Origin: Terrimicrobiaceae bacterium
GTDB lineage: Bacteria > Verrucomicrobiota > Verrucomicrobiia > Chthoniobacterales > Terrimicrobiaceae
NCBI GenBank assembly: GCA_044342325.1
Contig: JBIIPZ010000011.1
Location: 12,253 to 76,252, forward strand
Direction of reading: 5' to 3'
DNA: 64,000 bases
The notes beneath the pieces were generated by a model. That model had not been told where the DNA came from. It searched no databases and saw only the letters and a program-made list of their open reading frames with translations. Below are positions 63,657 through 64,000 of this stretch, one piece after another; positions within the stretch are counted from its first letter, which is position 1; every line of letters begins with the position of its first letter. Both the position numbers and the translations under genes were made by a program.

Positions 63657-64000
63657 GATTTGAAACCCACTCAAGAAGCCCATTGGCTCTGGGCAGATCG
63701 ACCTCGAAGATTTCCCCGCAACGGCGCCAAGGCAGCGTGTCGCGTTCAAACCGGATCGCTGACCGAGCGATCCGCAAAAGATACTGGGTTCATCATGTGT
63801 TTTTTATTTCAACTTTCGCGCGAATAACCCAACGGGTCGGACTGAGTTCATCGCTCAACGACATCGGCATCGGCGTGGCGTCGAGCAGGGAGTCGATGAT
63901 CAGGGCGAGGTTTGAGGAAGCGGGGGCGGAGGTATCGAGCGGTTCGGGGCATGCGCGTCAAGTTAAGCAAGGTTGGACCATTTTTCAGAAAAGTTTGGGC

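Noticed and set aside
63660..64000. Short minus-strand coding-like fragments at the window end
   Set aside because: Broken frames with no recognisable family; cannot be supported from this window

Overview
GC-rich bacterial chromosome window, most likely Verrucomicrobiota (Chthoniobacterales/Spartobacteria-like). That placement is inferred from the PEP-CTERM and H-X9-DG proteins, the short ATP synthase delta subunit and the stand-alone rpsN. Layout: (1) 0.2-13.4 kb: a 14-gene minus-strand sugar/sugar-acid catabolic locus with an AraC regulator and a PfkB kinase interrupted by an in-frame TAA. (2) 14-52 kb: mostly core genes around the probable replication origin, including rpsN, psd-pssA, an rsmA-Nudix fusion, corA plus a GluR0-like channel, sufT, tRNA-Leu, dnaA with DnaA boxes (plus a second DnaA-box cluster 6 kb away), atpBEFHAG without atpDC, recD2, yebC, cca, hemB, a HIT/ClpX-like/DCC1-LMF operon, a PIN toxin-antitoxin pair and phnDCE-like genes. 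(3) 52-64 kb: an accessory zone with a 2173-aa PEP-CTERM beta-helix-type protein, an H-X9-DG pseudopilin, a 5'-truncated group II intron, IS-like end remnants and an Rpn/YhgA nuclease; the intron-Rpn segment is bracketed by 97-bp REPIN-like direct repeats. Several REP-like families, two perfect 38-bp palindromes and two duplications of gene 3' ends occupy the intergenic space. No CRISPR array, rRNA, retron or DGR was seen. All protein calls come from motif recognition by eye; no database search was run.
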